Shown: positions 18,314-28,693 of the stretch, piece by piece
Numbering within the stretch: position 1 is the first letter of the stretch
Layout: each line of letters starts with the position of its first letter
Assembly (NCBI GenBank): GCA_964648665.1
Contig: CAZYOA010000005.1
Coordinates: 22,822 to 86,821 of the forward strand
Direction: 5' to 3'
Length of the DNA: 64,000 bases
DNA from: an uncultured Planctomycetales bacterium
GTDB lineage: Bacteria > Omnitrophota > Gorgyraeia > Zapsychrales > Aceulaceae
Notes under the pieces: model-generated
Databases searched by the model: none
What the model was told of the DNA's origin: nothing
Seen by the model: only the letters and a program-made list of their open reading frames with translations
Program-made: the position numbers and the translations under genes

Positions 18314-18853
18314 ATGTCATTTTTTCGAACTAAAAAATATGTTGATGTCACAAACCTTCCATCTTATTCAAATCGAAAGAATAGAGATTTTGCAATAAAG
18401 AAGGTAAAGCCGGTTGTTTTAATAAAAAGAGCTAAATCTGTTGTTTTGCCTAAGAAGGTAAAGCAAGAAAGAAGCTCACCGACTTTTTCTAAGAAGATTC
18501 AAGGCTTGTTTTCTAGATTAGAAAGCTTAAAAAAAGTAAAACAACCTAAAATTAAGCCAAGAATGCAGAAGCCGGTCAGGATTGCTAAACAAAATCAGCC
18601 CGTGGCTTTAAGTCAACAGCTTGTTGGTGAGATAACTCATTTCTTTACAAAGATTAGTGTTTGCGTTATTAAGCTTAAGAAAGATGTTAGTGTTGGAGAC
18701 AAAATTTATTTTAAAGGTTCTGGTTGCGATTTCTCTCAAAAGATTGTTTCTATGCAGGTCGATCACAAGAATGTTGATCGAGCCGTGAAGGGCCAAGAGG
18801 TCGGTCTTAAGGTGATCAGAGATGTTTCGGTTGGATGTGATGTTTTTAGATAA
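18314..18853 (+). CDS. Hypothetical basic protein with C-terminal EF-Tu-domain-2-like beta-barrel
   Basis: K-rich N-terminal half. The C-terminal roughly 75 aa (GEITHFFTKISVCVIKL...GDKIYFKG...VDRAVKGQEVGLKV) resembles the translation-factor beta-barrel domain. ATG at 18314 preferred to the ORF-track start. Confidence 0.5.
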   Translation: MSFFRTKKYVDVTNLPSYSNRKNRDFAIKKVKPVVLIKRAKSVVLPKKVKQERSSPTFSKKIQGLFSRLESLKKVKQPKIKPRMQKPVRIAKQNQPVALSQQLVGEITHFFTKISVCVIKLKKDVSVGDKIYFKGSGCDFSQKIVSMQVDHKNVDRAVKGQEVGLKVIRDVSVGCDVFR

Positions 18854-18919
18854 ATAGATTTTCTTTATGACTATGTTATAATGAAGACCAAACTGAAAAT
18901 TACAAAAATGGAGAGAAGC

Positions 18920-19330
18920 ATGGTGAAGTTTAAAAAAGATGCCCAAAGTACTATTGAATATATCTTGCTTTTTACTGCAGCTATTGCATTGTTGATTGTT
19001 TTTTTGTCCCCTAATGGAAATTTTCGCGATATCATTTCAGGCAGCATTACTGGTTCTGTCCAGCAAATTCAGACGATGACAGATGGAACAGATTTCTCAA
19101 CTGGAGAATACGCTCTTCCGCCAGCTTGTAATAATAATGGTACATGTGATTCTGGTGAAAATTGTGAAAATTGTTCTTCAGACTGCTCTACAGGCTGTGC
19201 TCCTAAGTTAAGCATAGAGTGTGGTGTTACGTATTATGACAATTGTAATAATACTTGCGGGATGGGGAGGGAGTGTCCTGATGCTACAATGAAGTGTACT
19301 GGAATGGAGTGCGAAACAATAGTTCCGTAG
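18920..19330 (+). CDS. Pilin-like protein with class III/Flp-type signal peptide and a 12-Cys C-terminal domain
   Basis: KKDAQSTIEYILLFTAAIALLIVFL matches the prepilin-type (Q-x-[ST]-x-EY plus hydrophobic helix) leader. The C-terminal 70 aa contain 12 Cys (NGTCDSGENCENCSSDC...). GGAGAG RBS before the ATG at 18920; earlier ATGs at 18881 and 18908 are possible. Confidence 0.55.
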   Translation: MVKFKKDAQSTIEYILLFTAAIALLIVFLSPNGNFRDIISGSITGSVQQIQTMTDGTDFSTGEYALPPACNNNGTCDSGENCENCSSDCSTGCAPKLSIECGVTYYDNCNNTCGMGRECPDATMKCTGMECETIVP

Positions 19331-19348
19331 TTTTTTGAAAGTATTTTT

Positions 19349-19744
19349 ATGAAAAAGAATAGTAATTTAATATTTCGATATCTTCTTTGGTGTTACAAGA
19401 CAACTAAAGAGCAACTGGATTGGATTGACCGAAAGTTTACTCAAATTGAAGTTGATCGATATGTTTTAAAGCATCTTCAAAAAAATAAAGATTTAGAATC
19501 TAATTTAAAAGTTAATGAATTTACGGCTTATATCGAGGCTAAAGAAAAAAGAGGGTTAAAAGAGAAATTCTCAGATGCTAAGGCAACAAAAATTAAGTCG
19601 GAGTATTTATATCTAGAGAATCGTCTGCAGGCAACTGAAAAGGCTATTATTCATTTCTGTGGGGAAAAAACTTTAAAAGAGATACGCGCCTCTTATGAGC
19701 AGGAAATGACCAATCGCATTCTTTCCGCGCGGGATCATACTTAA
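19349..19744 (+). CDS. Hypothetical protein
   Basis: 131-aa ORF with no recognised family. Confidence 0.45.
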   Translation: MKKNSNLIFRYLLWCYKTTKEQLDWIDRKFTQIEVDRYVLKHLQKNKDLESNLKVNEFTAYIEAKEKRGLKEKFSDAKATKIKSEYLYLENRLQATEKAIIHFCGEKTLKEIRASYEQEMTNRILSARDHT

Positions 19745-19750
19745 AATAAT

Positions 19751-20059
19751 TTATCGACCAATTTGATTTTGACGTTTCATGTCTTCCATTTTTCGTTTTT
19801 GGTCTTCCATGAAACGTCTTTGTGCATCTTGAGAAGAAGAGGCTGATGAGGCTTGTTTGTTTCGATACTCTTGAGCCTGGCGCTTATAGTTATCCATCAT
19901 TTCTTTTCGTTCTGCTTCAATTTTAGAAGGAGAAAAATCGCCATAATCTGGAGAAACAGAAAAAGCTCTAGATTGAGCTTTCTGAACGAAATGAACAGCA
20001 GCTCCTAACCCCCAAATGAGTAGAAAAACAAATAGAAATAGTTTAATTAAACTTTTCAT
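19751..20059 (-). CDS. Hypothetical secreted or membrane-anchored charged protein (only convincing minus-strand gene)
   Basis: N-terminal hydrophobic segment (LFLFVFLLIWGLGAAVHF) then a K/E/R/Q-rich tail. Occupies its own space between + strand genes. Confidence 0.55.
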   Translation of the reverse strand: MKSLIKLFLFVFLLIWGLGAAVHFVQKAQSRAFSVSPDYGDFSPSKIEAERKEMMDNYKRQAQEYRNKQASSASSSQDAQRRFMEDQKRKMEDMKRQNQIGR

Positions 20060-20213
20060 ATTATAAGTATAGATAAAATTTTCAATAAGTGCAATAAAAG
20101 AAAAAATAGTTTTTAGAATAAAAGGGTGCTTGAAGATAAAATTAGAGTTGAATTTGCTTATAAACTATGAAATACTAAATAAATGATTGTTTAATTTATA
20201 TCAAGGAGGATGT

Positions 20214-20540
20214 ATGGCAAAGAAGAAGATAAAGAGTTTTGAGGATAATTTAGCGGAAATTAAGAAGAAATTTTCAAAGTTTAGTAAAGAGGCTGTGGTT
20301 CTTGCAAAAAAAGGTGAAAAAGAATTTGTGCGTCTTTCGAAAGAAGGAAAACTGCATGTTGATTCTGCAACCGTTGGAATAAAAAAGGAACATCTTTTGT
20401 ATCTTGTTGGTAAGGAGTATGTTCGTTTAGGTTGTCCTGGAGCAAAAAGTGCAAAGTTGAAGAAGTTTATGAAAGAGCTAGAAGATTTAAAGAAAAAAGA
20501 CCTTGCTTTGAAACGAACACTTAAAAAAGTTAAGAAATAA
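20214..20540 (+). CDS. Hypothetical lysine-rich protein
   Basis: ATG at 20214 preceded by AGGAGG. 108 aa, K-rich, no family recognised. Confidence 0.5.
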   Translation: MAKKKIKSFEDNLAEIKKKFSKFSKEAVVLAKKGEKEFVRLSKEGKLHVDSATVGIKKEHLLYLVGKEYVRLGCPGAKSAKLKKFMKELEDLKKKDLALKRTLKKVKK

Positions 20541-20567
20541 TTTTCTAAAAGTATTTTAAAAGGGTTG

Positions 20568-20609
20568 TTTTTAGGCTTGCCTAGGAGCAACCCTTTTTAT
20601 TCAAGAAAC
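20568..20609. terminator. Hairpin terminator between the 20214 gene and the GT2 gene
   Basis: aaagggttg ... caacccttt stem enclosing a second small hairpin (tagg-cttg-ccta), followed by ttttt. Confidence 0.6.
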
Positions 20610-20617
20610 TTTTAATT

Positions 20618-21703
20618 ATGAATGAATCTTTAAATAAAGTAACTTGTGATATTGTTGTTCCTCTTTGGAATAAGGTTGAATATACAAAGAATTTTGTCAA
20701 GACTCTCGTCGAGTCTACGCATATTCCGATTAGAGTTATTTTTGTTGATAACAATAGTACGGATGAAACACGACAGTATTTGAAAGATCTAGAGCCTACG
20801 GATAATTGTTTTTTTGAAATTATAACAAATGATACAAATTTAGGATTTATTAAAGGCGTTAATAAAGGCTTGGAAATAGCCGATGCAGAGTATGTCTGTA
20901 TCGCAAATAATGATTTAGAATTTTCAAAGAATTGGCTTGAAGAAATTATTAATGTTTTTAAGTTCAATCCGTCTATTGGTTTGGTGAATCCTAATAGTAA
21001 TAATCTCGGCGTTAGAATTCAAAAAAGTATTGGTCTTGATGAAATAGCTAAGCTGCTTAAGGATAAAGAAGATTTTATGTTTAAGGAGCTAAACTTTTGC
21101 ATTGGATTTTGCATGATAACAACTCAAAAAGTTTTCTCTGAGGTTGGATTTCTGTCTGAAGAGTTTTTGCCTATGTTTTTTGAAGATACTGATTATTCTC
21201 TTCGCGTTCAACAAAAGGGGTATATGGTTGGTGTTGCGAAAAGATCTTATGTTTGGCACGCTGAGCATGCTTCAATGGGTCAATTGGGTAAAGAAAAAGA
21301 AAAGATTTTTAGATCTAGCAAGAAAATCTTTGAAAAGAAATGGGGAAGAATATTACGAATTGCTATCGTTTGCAAAGATAAGCGTGAGGTATCAGAGGTT
21401 TTAAAAGATGGTCTTGATCTTGGGAAATTTGGGAATTATGTAACTTTCTTTGTAAAAGATGACTTTTCAGACGAGGAAAAGATTTTTAAAGATCAAGGTT
21501 TGAAGGAATTTTCAAACTTTTCTAAAAAACGATTTTTAAATATATTCTTTTTAGCATGGCACTTTATTCTAAAGAAGAAAAAGTATGATATTGTTATTTC
21601 AAGAAGTCGCTTCTTAGCATTTATTTTGAAGTTTATGAAATGTCGAGCATGCGAAAGAATCGATTTTGCACAAATCCAGGAAATTAAGTCTCAAGGAGTT
21701 TGA
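20618..21703 (+). CDS. Family 2 glycosyltransferase
   Basis: CDIVVPLWN, VIFVDNNSTDET, GFIKGVNKG, ANNDLEF and FFEDTDYS (DxD-type) motifs. Confidence 0.8.
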   Translation: MNESLNKVTCDIVVPLWNKVEYTKNFVKTLVESTHIPIRVIFVDNNSTDETRQYLKDLEPTDNCFFEIITNDTNLGFIKGVNKGLEIADAEYVCIANNDLEFSKNWLEEIINVFKFNPSIGLVNPNSNNLGVRIQKSIGLDEIAKLLKDKEDFMFKELNFCIGFCMITTQKVFSEVGFLSEEFLPMFFEDTDYSLRVQQKGYMVGVAKRSYVWHAEHASMGQLGKEKEKIFRSSKKIFEKKWGRILRIAIVCKDKREVSEVLKDGLDLGKFGNYVTFFVKDDFSDEEKIFKDQGLKEFSNFSKKRFLNIFFLAWHFILKKKKYDIVISRSRFLAFILKFMKCRACERIDFAQIQEIKSQGV

Positions 21704-22575
21704 TGGTTTTAGAATTAAAAAATAAGCTTTTTGAAGTTTTTTCTATCATAAGAGTAAAAGATGAAGGGCAGATAGATTTGATTGTCGAAGTTTTTTTATC
21801 TTTGGGTGTAAAACTTCAAGATATTACTATTTTAACTAAGAATAATTTTGTTCGGATTTCTGTTTATTTTAAGAATGAAAAAAAGGCTTTGGTTTTTAAG
21901 AAGAAGATAAAAGATCTTAAATTGAAAGGCGTTGTTTTTCGATTGCGTTATCTCAAAATTGAGAATTGGAAAGAGAAATGGGCAAAGAGTTTTTCTGCTT
22001 TTCAGTTAACTGAGAATATTGATGTTGTGCCAACTTGGAGAAAACGAAGTTATAAAAAAACAAAAAGAGTTCCTATTTATTTGTCGTCGATTAATGCCTT
22101 TGGCACAGGTTTACATGAAACGACAAGTTTCATGGCTCAGCTTATTGAGCGATATGCTGGAAAATTTTCTAATTTTCTTGATATTGGTACAGGGACAGGA
22201 ATTTTAAGTCTTGTTGCTTTGCATAGCGGTGCTAAGGATGTTACAGCTATTGATTTTGATAGTGATTGTGTAAGATCTGCAAAGGAAAATTTTTATGTAA
22301 ATAATAAAAATGCTTATATCGAGAAGTTTGATATTGCAAAGTTTCAAGCAAAGAAAAAGTTTGATTTTGTTGCTGCAAACTTAATTACGCATGATTTGAT
22401 TCGAGTGAGAAAGAAACTTGTTTCTCTTGTTTCTCCCGGTGGGTTTCTGGCCATTTCTGGGATATCTCTTGAAAATTTACCCCAAATTAAGAGTGTTTTT
22501 AAAAATCTTCCCTTGCGATGTCTTAAGATAAAGACCGGAAAACAATGGGTTGCTTTAATTTATAAGAAAGTTTGA
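21700..22575 (+). CDS. prmA: Ribosomal protein L11 methyltransferase
   Basis: WKEKWAKSF, AFGTGLHETT and the SAM motif FLDIGTGTGILS...AIDFD. Confidence 0.8.
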   Translation: MMVLELKNKLFEVFSIIRVKDEGQIDLIVEVFLSLGVKLQDITILTKNNFVRISVYFKNEKKALVFKKKIKDLKLKGVVFRLRYLKIENWKEKWAKSFSAFQLTENIDVVPTWRKRSYKKTKRVPIYLSSINAFGTGLHETTSFMAQLIERYAGKFSNFLDIGTGTGILSLVALHSGAKDVTAIDFDSDCVRSAKENFYVNNKNAYIEKFDIAKFQAKKKFDFVAANLITHDLIRVRKKLVSLVSPGGFLAISGISLENLPQIKSVFKNLPLRCLKIKTGKQWVALIYKKV

Positions 22576-22576
22576 A

Positions 22577-23008
22577 ATGATTAATGTTTTCAGTGTTACT
22601 GAAGAAAAAGAGCAGCAGTTAAGGCGGCGCATGATAAGTTTGGGCGTTGATGAAAAAGATCTTAAAGAATCTTTTGTGCGTTCTTCGGGTTCTGGTGGAC
22701 AAAATGTTAATAAAGTTTCGACTTGTGTTTTTCTTGTGCATTCTAAAATGGGATTGTCTGTTAAATGTCAAAAGTCTCGATCTCAAGGGTTAAATCGATT
22801 TTATGCTCGACGACTTTTACTTGATAAAATAGAAAAACAACAAAAAGGTTTTGTTTCGCAAGAGCGAAAACGTATAGAAAAGATTAAGCGACAAAAGCGA
22901 AAGCGGTCTAAAAGAGCTAAAGAAAAAGTGTTGGAATCAAAAAAACAACAGTCTGAGAAAAAGAAAAGCCGACAACGAATTAATCTTTCAAATTCTAGCG
23001 TCGATTAA
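22577..23008 (+). CDS. RF-1-domain GGQ protein (ArfB-like peptidyl-tRNA hydrolase / ribosome rescue factor)
   Basis: SSGSGGQNVNKVST GGQ motif followed by a very basic K/R-rich C-terminal tail. Size (143 aa) fits ArfB-type factors. Confidence 0.7.
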   Translation: MINVFSVTEEKEQQLRRRMISLGVDEKDLKESFVRSSGSGGQNVNKVSTCVFLVHSKMGLSVKCQKSRSQGLNRFYARRLLLDKIEKQQKGFVSQERKRIEKIKRQKRKRSKRAKEKVLESKKQQSEKKKSRQRINLSNSSVD

Positions 23009-23012
23009 GAAA

Positions 23013-24215
23013 ATGATCTCTGTCCTAAAAGCTAAACAAATAATTTTAAAGAATACAAAAATTTTACTCGAGGAGCGCAAGAGTTCTGCAGAAGCGTTAA
23101 ATTGTATATTAGCTGAGAATATTTGTGCTAGTCAGGATTGGCCACCTTTTTGTCGTTCAACAATGGATGGCTTTGCTGTGAGAAGCAAGGATATTGTAAA
23201 AGCAGCATTAGAGGGTGGAGTTTCTTTAAAGATTGTTGATACTTCATTCGCTGGGTTTCCTGCGAAAAAAACTTTAAAAGAAAACCAAGCTATTCGAATT
23301 ATGACTGGAGCTATTGTTCCAAGCGGTGCAGATTGCGTGGTTATGCAAGAAGACACGAAAAGGGATTCTCAAAATGTTGAGATTTTTCGAGGTGTTAAAA
23401 GAGGATCTAATCTAAGGCTTAAAGGGGCTGATTCTAAAAAGGGAGATTTGATTATCTCTAAGGGATCAAAGATTACTCCTGGCATCATTGGATTGTTTGC
23501 AAGTTTTGGGAAAGAATATGTTAAGGTTTCCAAGACTCCAAAAGTTGGAATTCTTGTTACTGGAGACGAGCTTGTTTTGTCTGACCGCAAGCCAAAAGCA
23601 GGGCAGATTCGAAGCGCCAACGAGCATGCTCTTTGCGCACAATTAAGAGAGATTGGTGTTGAATCAGAGTTTTTAGGAATCGCTCGAGATAATCAAAAAG
23701 ATTTAGAAAAAAAAATACGCAAGGGACTTAGAAAAGATATTCTATTAATTTCTGGCGGTGTTTCTGTTGGAGATCGTGATATTGTTCAAGAAGTTTTAAA
23801 GAAAGTTTCTGCTAAGATATTATTTTGGAAGGTTGCAATAAAACCGGGAAAACCTCTTATTTTTGCAAAAAAGAATCAATGTCATATTTTTGGACTTCCA
23901 GGAAACACAGTATCGGGCATGGTTTCTTTGAAAAAATTTGTGATGCCGTGTATTTCAAAGATGCGTGGACAAAAGCGTGAATTATTGAAAACAGCTGAAG
24001 CTATTTTAGATCATAATATTAAAGTTGAGCCTAGACGTCAAAAATTAATGAGAGGCATTGTGAGTCAAAAGAAAAATAAATTATTTGTGCGTTTAAGTGC
24101 GCATCAAGTTTCAGAAAATATAATGTCTATAGCTAAAGCAAATTGTTTTTTTAAAATTGAAGAAGGAGTGGCTTCGCTGAAAAAAGGACAAGTGATTATT
24201 GTTGAATATTTGTAA
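23013..24215 (+). CDS. moeA: Molybdopterin molybdenumtransferase
   Basis: MDGFAV, RIMTGAIVP, VGILVTGDEL, ISGGVSVGDRD, KPGKPL and GLPGN motifs. Confidence 0.88.
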   Translation: MISVLKAKQIILKNTKILLEERKSSAEALNCILAENICASQDWPPFCRSTMDGFAVRSKDIVKAALEGGVSLKIVDTSFAGFPAKKTLKENQAIRIMTGAIVPSGADCVVMQEDTKRDSQNVEIFRGVKRGSNLRLKGADSKKGDLIISKGSKITPGIIGLFASFGKEYVKVSKTPKVGILVTGDELVLSDRKPKAGQIRSANEHALCAQLREIGVESEFLGIARDNQKDLEKKIRKGLRKDILLISGGVSVGDRDIVQEVLKKVSAKILFWKVAIKPGKPLIFAKKNQCHIFGLPGNTVSGMVSLKKFVMPCISKMRGQKRELLKTAEAILDHNIKVEPRRQKLMRGIVSQKKNKLFVRLSAHQVSENIMSIAKANCFFKIEEGVASLKKGQVIIVEYL

Positions 24216-24230
24216 TTTTATTTGAGGAGA

Positions 24231-24692
24231 ATGATGATGGTAAAACAAAAAGTATCTGGAATGATTGATGTAAGTCAAAAGAAAATAACTCGGCGAATTG
24301 CACGAGCTGAATGTGCTATCGAAATGAATAAGAAAACATTTGATTGCGTTTTAAAGGGAGATTCTCCAAAAGGAGATATTTTCCAGACAGCACGTGTTGC
24401 GGGTGTTATGGCCGCTAAGAAAACGCCAGAAATTATTCCGATGTGTCACTCGTTGTCATTAAATACAGTAAAGATTGATTTTAAATTTAATGCTAAAAAG
24501 TGCCAGATTGTTGTTTTATCTGAAGTTGTTTGTCGCGGACGTACTGGTGTAGAAATGGAGGCTTTAACGGCAGTTTCTGTTTCTGCTTTAACGATTTACG
24601 ATATGATGAAATGGTCTGATCGGCGCATGCGTATTTTAGATGTGAAGTTGACATATAAGTCTGGCGGAAAAAGTGGAATTTTTAAAGCATAA
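24231..24692 (+). CDS. moaC: Cyclic pyranopterin monophosphate synthase
   Basis: KGD...TARVAGVMAAKKT..IPMCHSL...GVEMEALTAVSVSALTIYDM motifs. First ATG after the GAGGAG RBS taken as the start. Confidence 0.88.
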   Translation: MMMVKQKVSGMIDVSQKKITRRIARAECAIEMNKKTFDCVLKGDSPKGDIFQTARVAGVMAAKKTPEIIPMCHSLSLNTVKIDFKFNAKKCQIVVLSEVVCRGRTGVEMEALTAVSVSALTIYDMMKWSDRRMRILDVKLTYKSGGKSGIFKA

Positions 24693-25710
24693 TCATACAA
24701 AATTTTTTTTAATTATATTTTTTATATTTTTTGCTGGTTATTTATTTATTCAAAACTTTAATTTTAGAATAACTGAGGAAAAATTAAGTCTTGGCACAAT
24801 TGTGCAAGTTGATGTGTGCACTTCTCTAGGTGGGATTAAAAAAGCGCGTCATGCGATTCAAAAAGTTTGGCAAAGAATTGATGAGATTAATTTGCGCATG
24901 AATGTTTATAGCGAAGAGAGTGATGTTGCTAAAATTAATAAATCTTATCCTAGCCCTATTAAGATTCATCAGGATACCTATTTACTTTTAGATGACGCAA
25001 AGAAATATTCAGTTCTTACAGGCGGTGCTTTTGATATAACGGTTGGACCATTGGTTTTATTATGGAAAAAGGCTTCTAGAGTAGAGATTATGCCATCTGA
25101 GATGGAGATTCAAGAGGCTAAGGAAAAGATCGGTTCTCATCGTTTTGAGCTTTTAGATAAAAATACTGTTGTAATGCTTCATCCTGGAACTCGTATTGAT
25201 TTAAGTGCAGTTGCTAAAGGTTATGCGGTTGACCAGGCTGCAGAAATTTTAAGAAATAATGGGATAAATAATTTTCTCATTAATGCGGGAGGAAATATTT
25301 TTGCGCAAGGAAAAAATTGTCAAAAAAAGTTATGGTCTGTAGGTGTTCAAAATCCTATTGAGAGTAAAATGTTGGTTGATAGAATTGATTTAGAGAATTT
25401 AGGAGTTGCTACGTCTGGTGATTATCAACAGCATTTTGTTATTGAAGATGAGCAGTATTCGCATGTCATTGATCCTCGAAGCGGATATCCTGTGCGCTTA
25501 GTAACAAGTGCTACGGTTGTTGCTAAAACGGCTCAGGAGGCCGATGCCTTTTCAACGGCGCTATGTGTTATGGGGTCGGATAGAGGTATTTATTGGGCTG
25601 ATCATTTGCAGGGTGATATTTCCGCAATGATTATTGAGCGCAAGAAAAATGGGGAAATTGTTCAGCATATAAGTGAAAAATATAAAGATTTACATAAAGC
25701 AAGTCATTGA
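24673..25710 (+). CDS. apbE: FAD:protein FMN transferase (ApbE family)
   Basis: N-terminal anchor, GGAFDITVGPL, DLSAVAKGYAVD, INAGGN, GVATSGDY, HVIDPRSG and ADAFSTAL motifs. GTG start overlapping moaC. Confidence 0.82.
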   Translation: MEFLKHNHTKFFLIIFFIFFAGYLFIQNFNFRITEEKLSLGTIVQVDVCTSLGGIKKARHAIQKVWQRIDEINLRMNVYSEESDVAKINKSYPSPIKIHQDTYLLLDDAKKYSVLTGGAFDITVGPLVLLWKKASRVEIMPSEMEIQEAKEKIGSHRFELLDKNTVVMLHPGTRIDLSAVAKGYAVDQAAEILRNNGINNFLINAGGNIFAQGKNCQKKLWSVGVQNPIESKMLVDRIDLENLGVATSGDYQQHFVIEDEQYSHVIDPRSGYPVRLVTSATVVAKTAQEADAFSTALCVMGSDRGIYWADHLQGDISAMIIERKKNGEIVQHISEKYKDLHKASH

Positions 25711-25834
25711 CATGGGTTTTTCTCCTATATTTTTAATTTTGAAAAGGTCAATATTAACGTTTTCAATAAAAGATTTTTTGTTATAATAAGTAACTTAAAT
25801 AAACTATTTTAATCTATTGTACTTTGAGGTAATC

Positions 25835-27868
25835 ATGCCCTTCCAAGCAAGTAAGAAAAGTTTTTCATATACCGATTTGGCAAATTCAATTGAAGGTTTT
25901 CAAGAGAATTATTCTGATGATATTAGCAAGAGCGAATATTTTGGATTTCCTTTAGAATCAATTCTAAAAGCCGAACAAAATCTTTATAATCCTAAAACAT
26001 CTTCGATTGCATACTTTTCTATGGAGTATGGTATTGCACCAAGTATTTATAATACATTTCAGCAAAAAGCTGTATTAAGTGAGGACAATAAATTTTATAC
26101 TCATGAAGTGTTTTCTAATAATTGGCTTTGCGATTATATTTTTAAGGTTGAAATTGATAAGCTTTTAGATATTCCTATTTATGGAGGGGGCTTAGGTGTT
26201 CTGGCGGGAGACACAATGAAAAGTGTTGCTGATCACGGCTTTTCATTAGCTGGCATAGGAATTCTGTGGAACAAAGGTTATTTTAAGCAAAACTTCTGGT
26301 ATAAGCATGGACAGGTTCCTGAGGAGCTTCAATGGGATCCGCATAGCTATCCTGGATTAATTCCTCTAAAGAATATCATTACGCTTAATACAAAAGAAGG
26401 ACCGATTCATCTTCGTTTATGGAAATATTATATTTATAGTTTTGATAAGAAAAATGTTGTTCCTATTATCTTGTTGGATTCGAATCTTCAAACGAATAAA
26501 GAATACTTTAGAAAGCTTACGGATCAGCTTTATCGTAGTGATAATGTTTGGTGGAAAATTATCCAAAGAACAATTTTAGGTGTCGGCGGGATGAAGGCTC
26601 TTGAAAGTTTAGGTTATGCAACAGATCGTTACCATTTAAACGAAGGGCATGCCGCGTTTGCATTGGTTGAAAAGTATATGAGCCTTAAGGATAAATCAAA
26701 ATTTGATGAAGTTAAAAGTCATTTTCTTTTTACGTGTCATACTCCAGTTGCTGCAGGTCATGATAAGTTTGAAATTCGTGATGTTGCTAATGTTTTGGAG
26801 CCTGAATATGTAAAAGCAGCAGAAATGCTTGGAAAAGAAAACTCGTCATCTTCTCAAATTAGCTTAACTCATATTGCTCTTAGTAATTGTTCAAGAGTTA
26901 ATGCTGTTGCGCAAAAACATGGAGAGGTTATGCGTTCTCAGTTTCCAGATTTTGCTAAGAAAATTCAGGCTATTACAAACGGTATTCATGGGTATACTTG
27001 GCTTTCGCCAAGTTTTCATAATCTTTTTGGAAAATATAAAAAGAAAATTGGTCCGTGGGACAAAGACTTTAAAGCTGTAGCCTCTGTAACGGAATTGGCT
27101 GATGATCAAAATTTCAGAAAAGATTTATTTGAAGCGCATCAAGAAAATAAAAGAAACATGATCAGCATTATTAAGCATTGGCAACTTAAAGAAGATGTAT
27201 TTACGATTTCTTGGGCTCGACGTATTGCAAGCTATAAGCGACCGGCTTTAATTTTGCATAAAATTGAACGGTTAATCAAAATTGCAGAAAACATCGGACC
27301 GATTCAAATTATATTAGCTGGAAAGGCGCATCCGAATGATAATATCGGAGGTGCACATATCGACGAAATTTTAGATCAGATTGATAAATTGAATGAACAT
27401 AAGAAATTGATCAAAGTTCTTATTCTAGAGAACTACGATACATATTTTGGAAAACTCTTAACAAGTTCAGTCGATGTCTGGCTTAATAATCCGCTTCCAC
27501 CATTTGAAGCATCAGGAACAAGTGGCATGAAAGCTATTGCTAATGGTGTTTTGCAGCTGACAACTCTCGATGGATGGGTTGTAGAGGCTGCTAACGATAA
27601 CATTGGTTGGGTTTTTGGATATCAGCATGAAGAAGGAACAGCAATCGGAAATGAAGCAAATTTACGTTTAGATGAGGATTCAGATGCGCTTTATGATGCG
27701 CTTGAGCAAGTTGTCAATTTATATTATAAAACTGTTAAGGATGGTAAAGTAAATCTTAATAGTCCATGGATTGACAAAATGATTCAGTGTGTTCATCGTA
27801 GTGCGTTCTTTAATACTCATCGCATGGTCGAAGAGTATAACCAGCAAATGTGGCAAATAAAAAAGTAA
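25835..27868 (+). CDS. glgP: Alpha-glucan (glycogen/maltodextrin) phosphorylase, GT35
   Basis: [36 protein letters not shown] and the PLP-lysine motif [13 protein letters not shown] at 25835 after a GAGG RBS. Confidence 0.88.
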   Translation: MPFQASKKSFSYTDLANSIEGFQENYSDDISKSEYFGFPLESILKAEQNLYNPKTSSIAYFSMEYGIAPSIYNTFQQKAVLSEDNKFYTHEVFSNNWLCDYIFKVEIDKLLDIPIYGGGLGVLAGDTMKSVADHGFSLAGIGILWNKGYFKQNFWYKHGQVPEELQWDPHSYPGLIPLKNIITLNTKEGPIHLRLWKYYIYSFDKKNVVPIILLDSNLQTNKEYFRKLTDQLYRSDNVWWKIIQRTILGVGGMKALESLGYATDRYHLNEGHAAFALVEKYMSLKDKSKFDEVKSHFLFTCHTPVAAGHDKFEIRDVANVLEPEYVKAAEMLGKENSSSSQISLTHIALSNCSRVNAVAQKHGEVMRSQFPDFAKKIQAITNGIHGYTWLSPSFHNLFGKYKKKIGPWDKDFKAVASVTELADDQNFRKDLFEAHQENKRNMISIIKHWQLKEDVFTISWARRIASYKRPALILHKIERLIKIAENIGPIQIILAGKAHPNDNIGGAHIDEILDQIDKLNEHKKLIKVLILENYDTYFGKLLTSSVDVWLNNPLPPFEASGTSGMKAIANGVLQLTTLDGWVVEAANDNIGWVFGYQHEEGTAIGNEANLRLDEDSDALYDALEQVVNLYYKTVKDGKVNLNSPWIDKMIQCVHRSAFFNTHRMVEEYNQQMWQIKK

Positions 27869-27872
27869 AACA

Positions 27873-28688
27873 ATGAAACAGTATCTTGATTTAATTAAAG
27901 ATGTGTTGGAAAACGGTGAAAAGAAAGAGGATCGTACAGGAACAGGAACAATATCTGTTTTTGGATGCCAAAAGAAATACGATCTTCGAGAGGGATTTCC
28001 GCTGTTAACAACTAAAAAAGTTTTGTTTAGCGCTGTTGTTCGTGAGCTTTTATGGTTTTTAAAAGGGGCAACGAATGTTAATGATGATCTTGCTGAACAT
28101 ACGCCGATTTGGAATGCTTGGGCTGATGAAAATGGAGAGTTAGGGCCTGTGTATGGATATCAATGGCGAAAATGGGAACAATTTTCTATTGATCAAAAAA
28201 ATAATAGCTATCAAAAGAAATATATTGATCAAATTGAAAATGCTATTGAGATGATTAAGAATAATCCGAATTCACGACGAATTATTGTTAGCGCCTGGAA
28301 TGTTTCTGATATTGATCGCATGGCTTTGCCACCTTGTCATATGATGTTTCAATTCTATGTTGTTAATGGCAGGCTTGATTGTCAGCTTTATCAACGTTCA
28401 GCAGATCTTGCCTTGGGGGTTCCTTTTAATATTGCAAGTTATGCGCTTCTGATGATGATGGTTGCTCAGGAATGCAATTTAACTCCAGGTATTTTTACGC
28501 ACACTTTAGGTGATGCGCATATTTACTTGAATCATGTTGATGGATTAAAAATACAGCTACAAAGAACTCCTAAATCTCTGCCTGAAGTGCGGATTGCCTC
28601 AAAGAAAGTTTTGGATATTTCTTTTGAAGATATCGAACTTTTAAATTATCAACATGATCCTTTTATTAAATTTTCAATCGCGGTTTAA
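27873..28688 (+). CDS. thyA: Thymidylate synthase
   Basis: [26 protein letters not shown], the catalytic PPCH, and the [13 protein letters not shown] motif. Confidence 0.95.
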   Translation: MKQYLDLIKDVLENGEKKEDRTGTGTISVFGCQKKYDLREGFPLLTTKKVLFSAVVRELLWFLKGATNVNDDLAEHTPIWNAWADENGELGPVYGYQWRKWEQFSIDQKNNSYQKKYIDQIENAIEMIKNNPNSRRIIVSAWNVSDIDRMALPPCHMMFQFYVVNGRLDCQLYQRSADLALGVPFNIASYALLMMMVAQECNLTPGIFTHTLGDAHIYLNHVDGLKIQLQRTPKSLPEVRIASKKVLDISFEDIELLNYQHDPFIKFSIAV

Positions 28689-28693
28689 AATTT

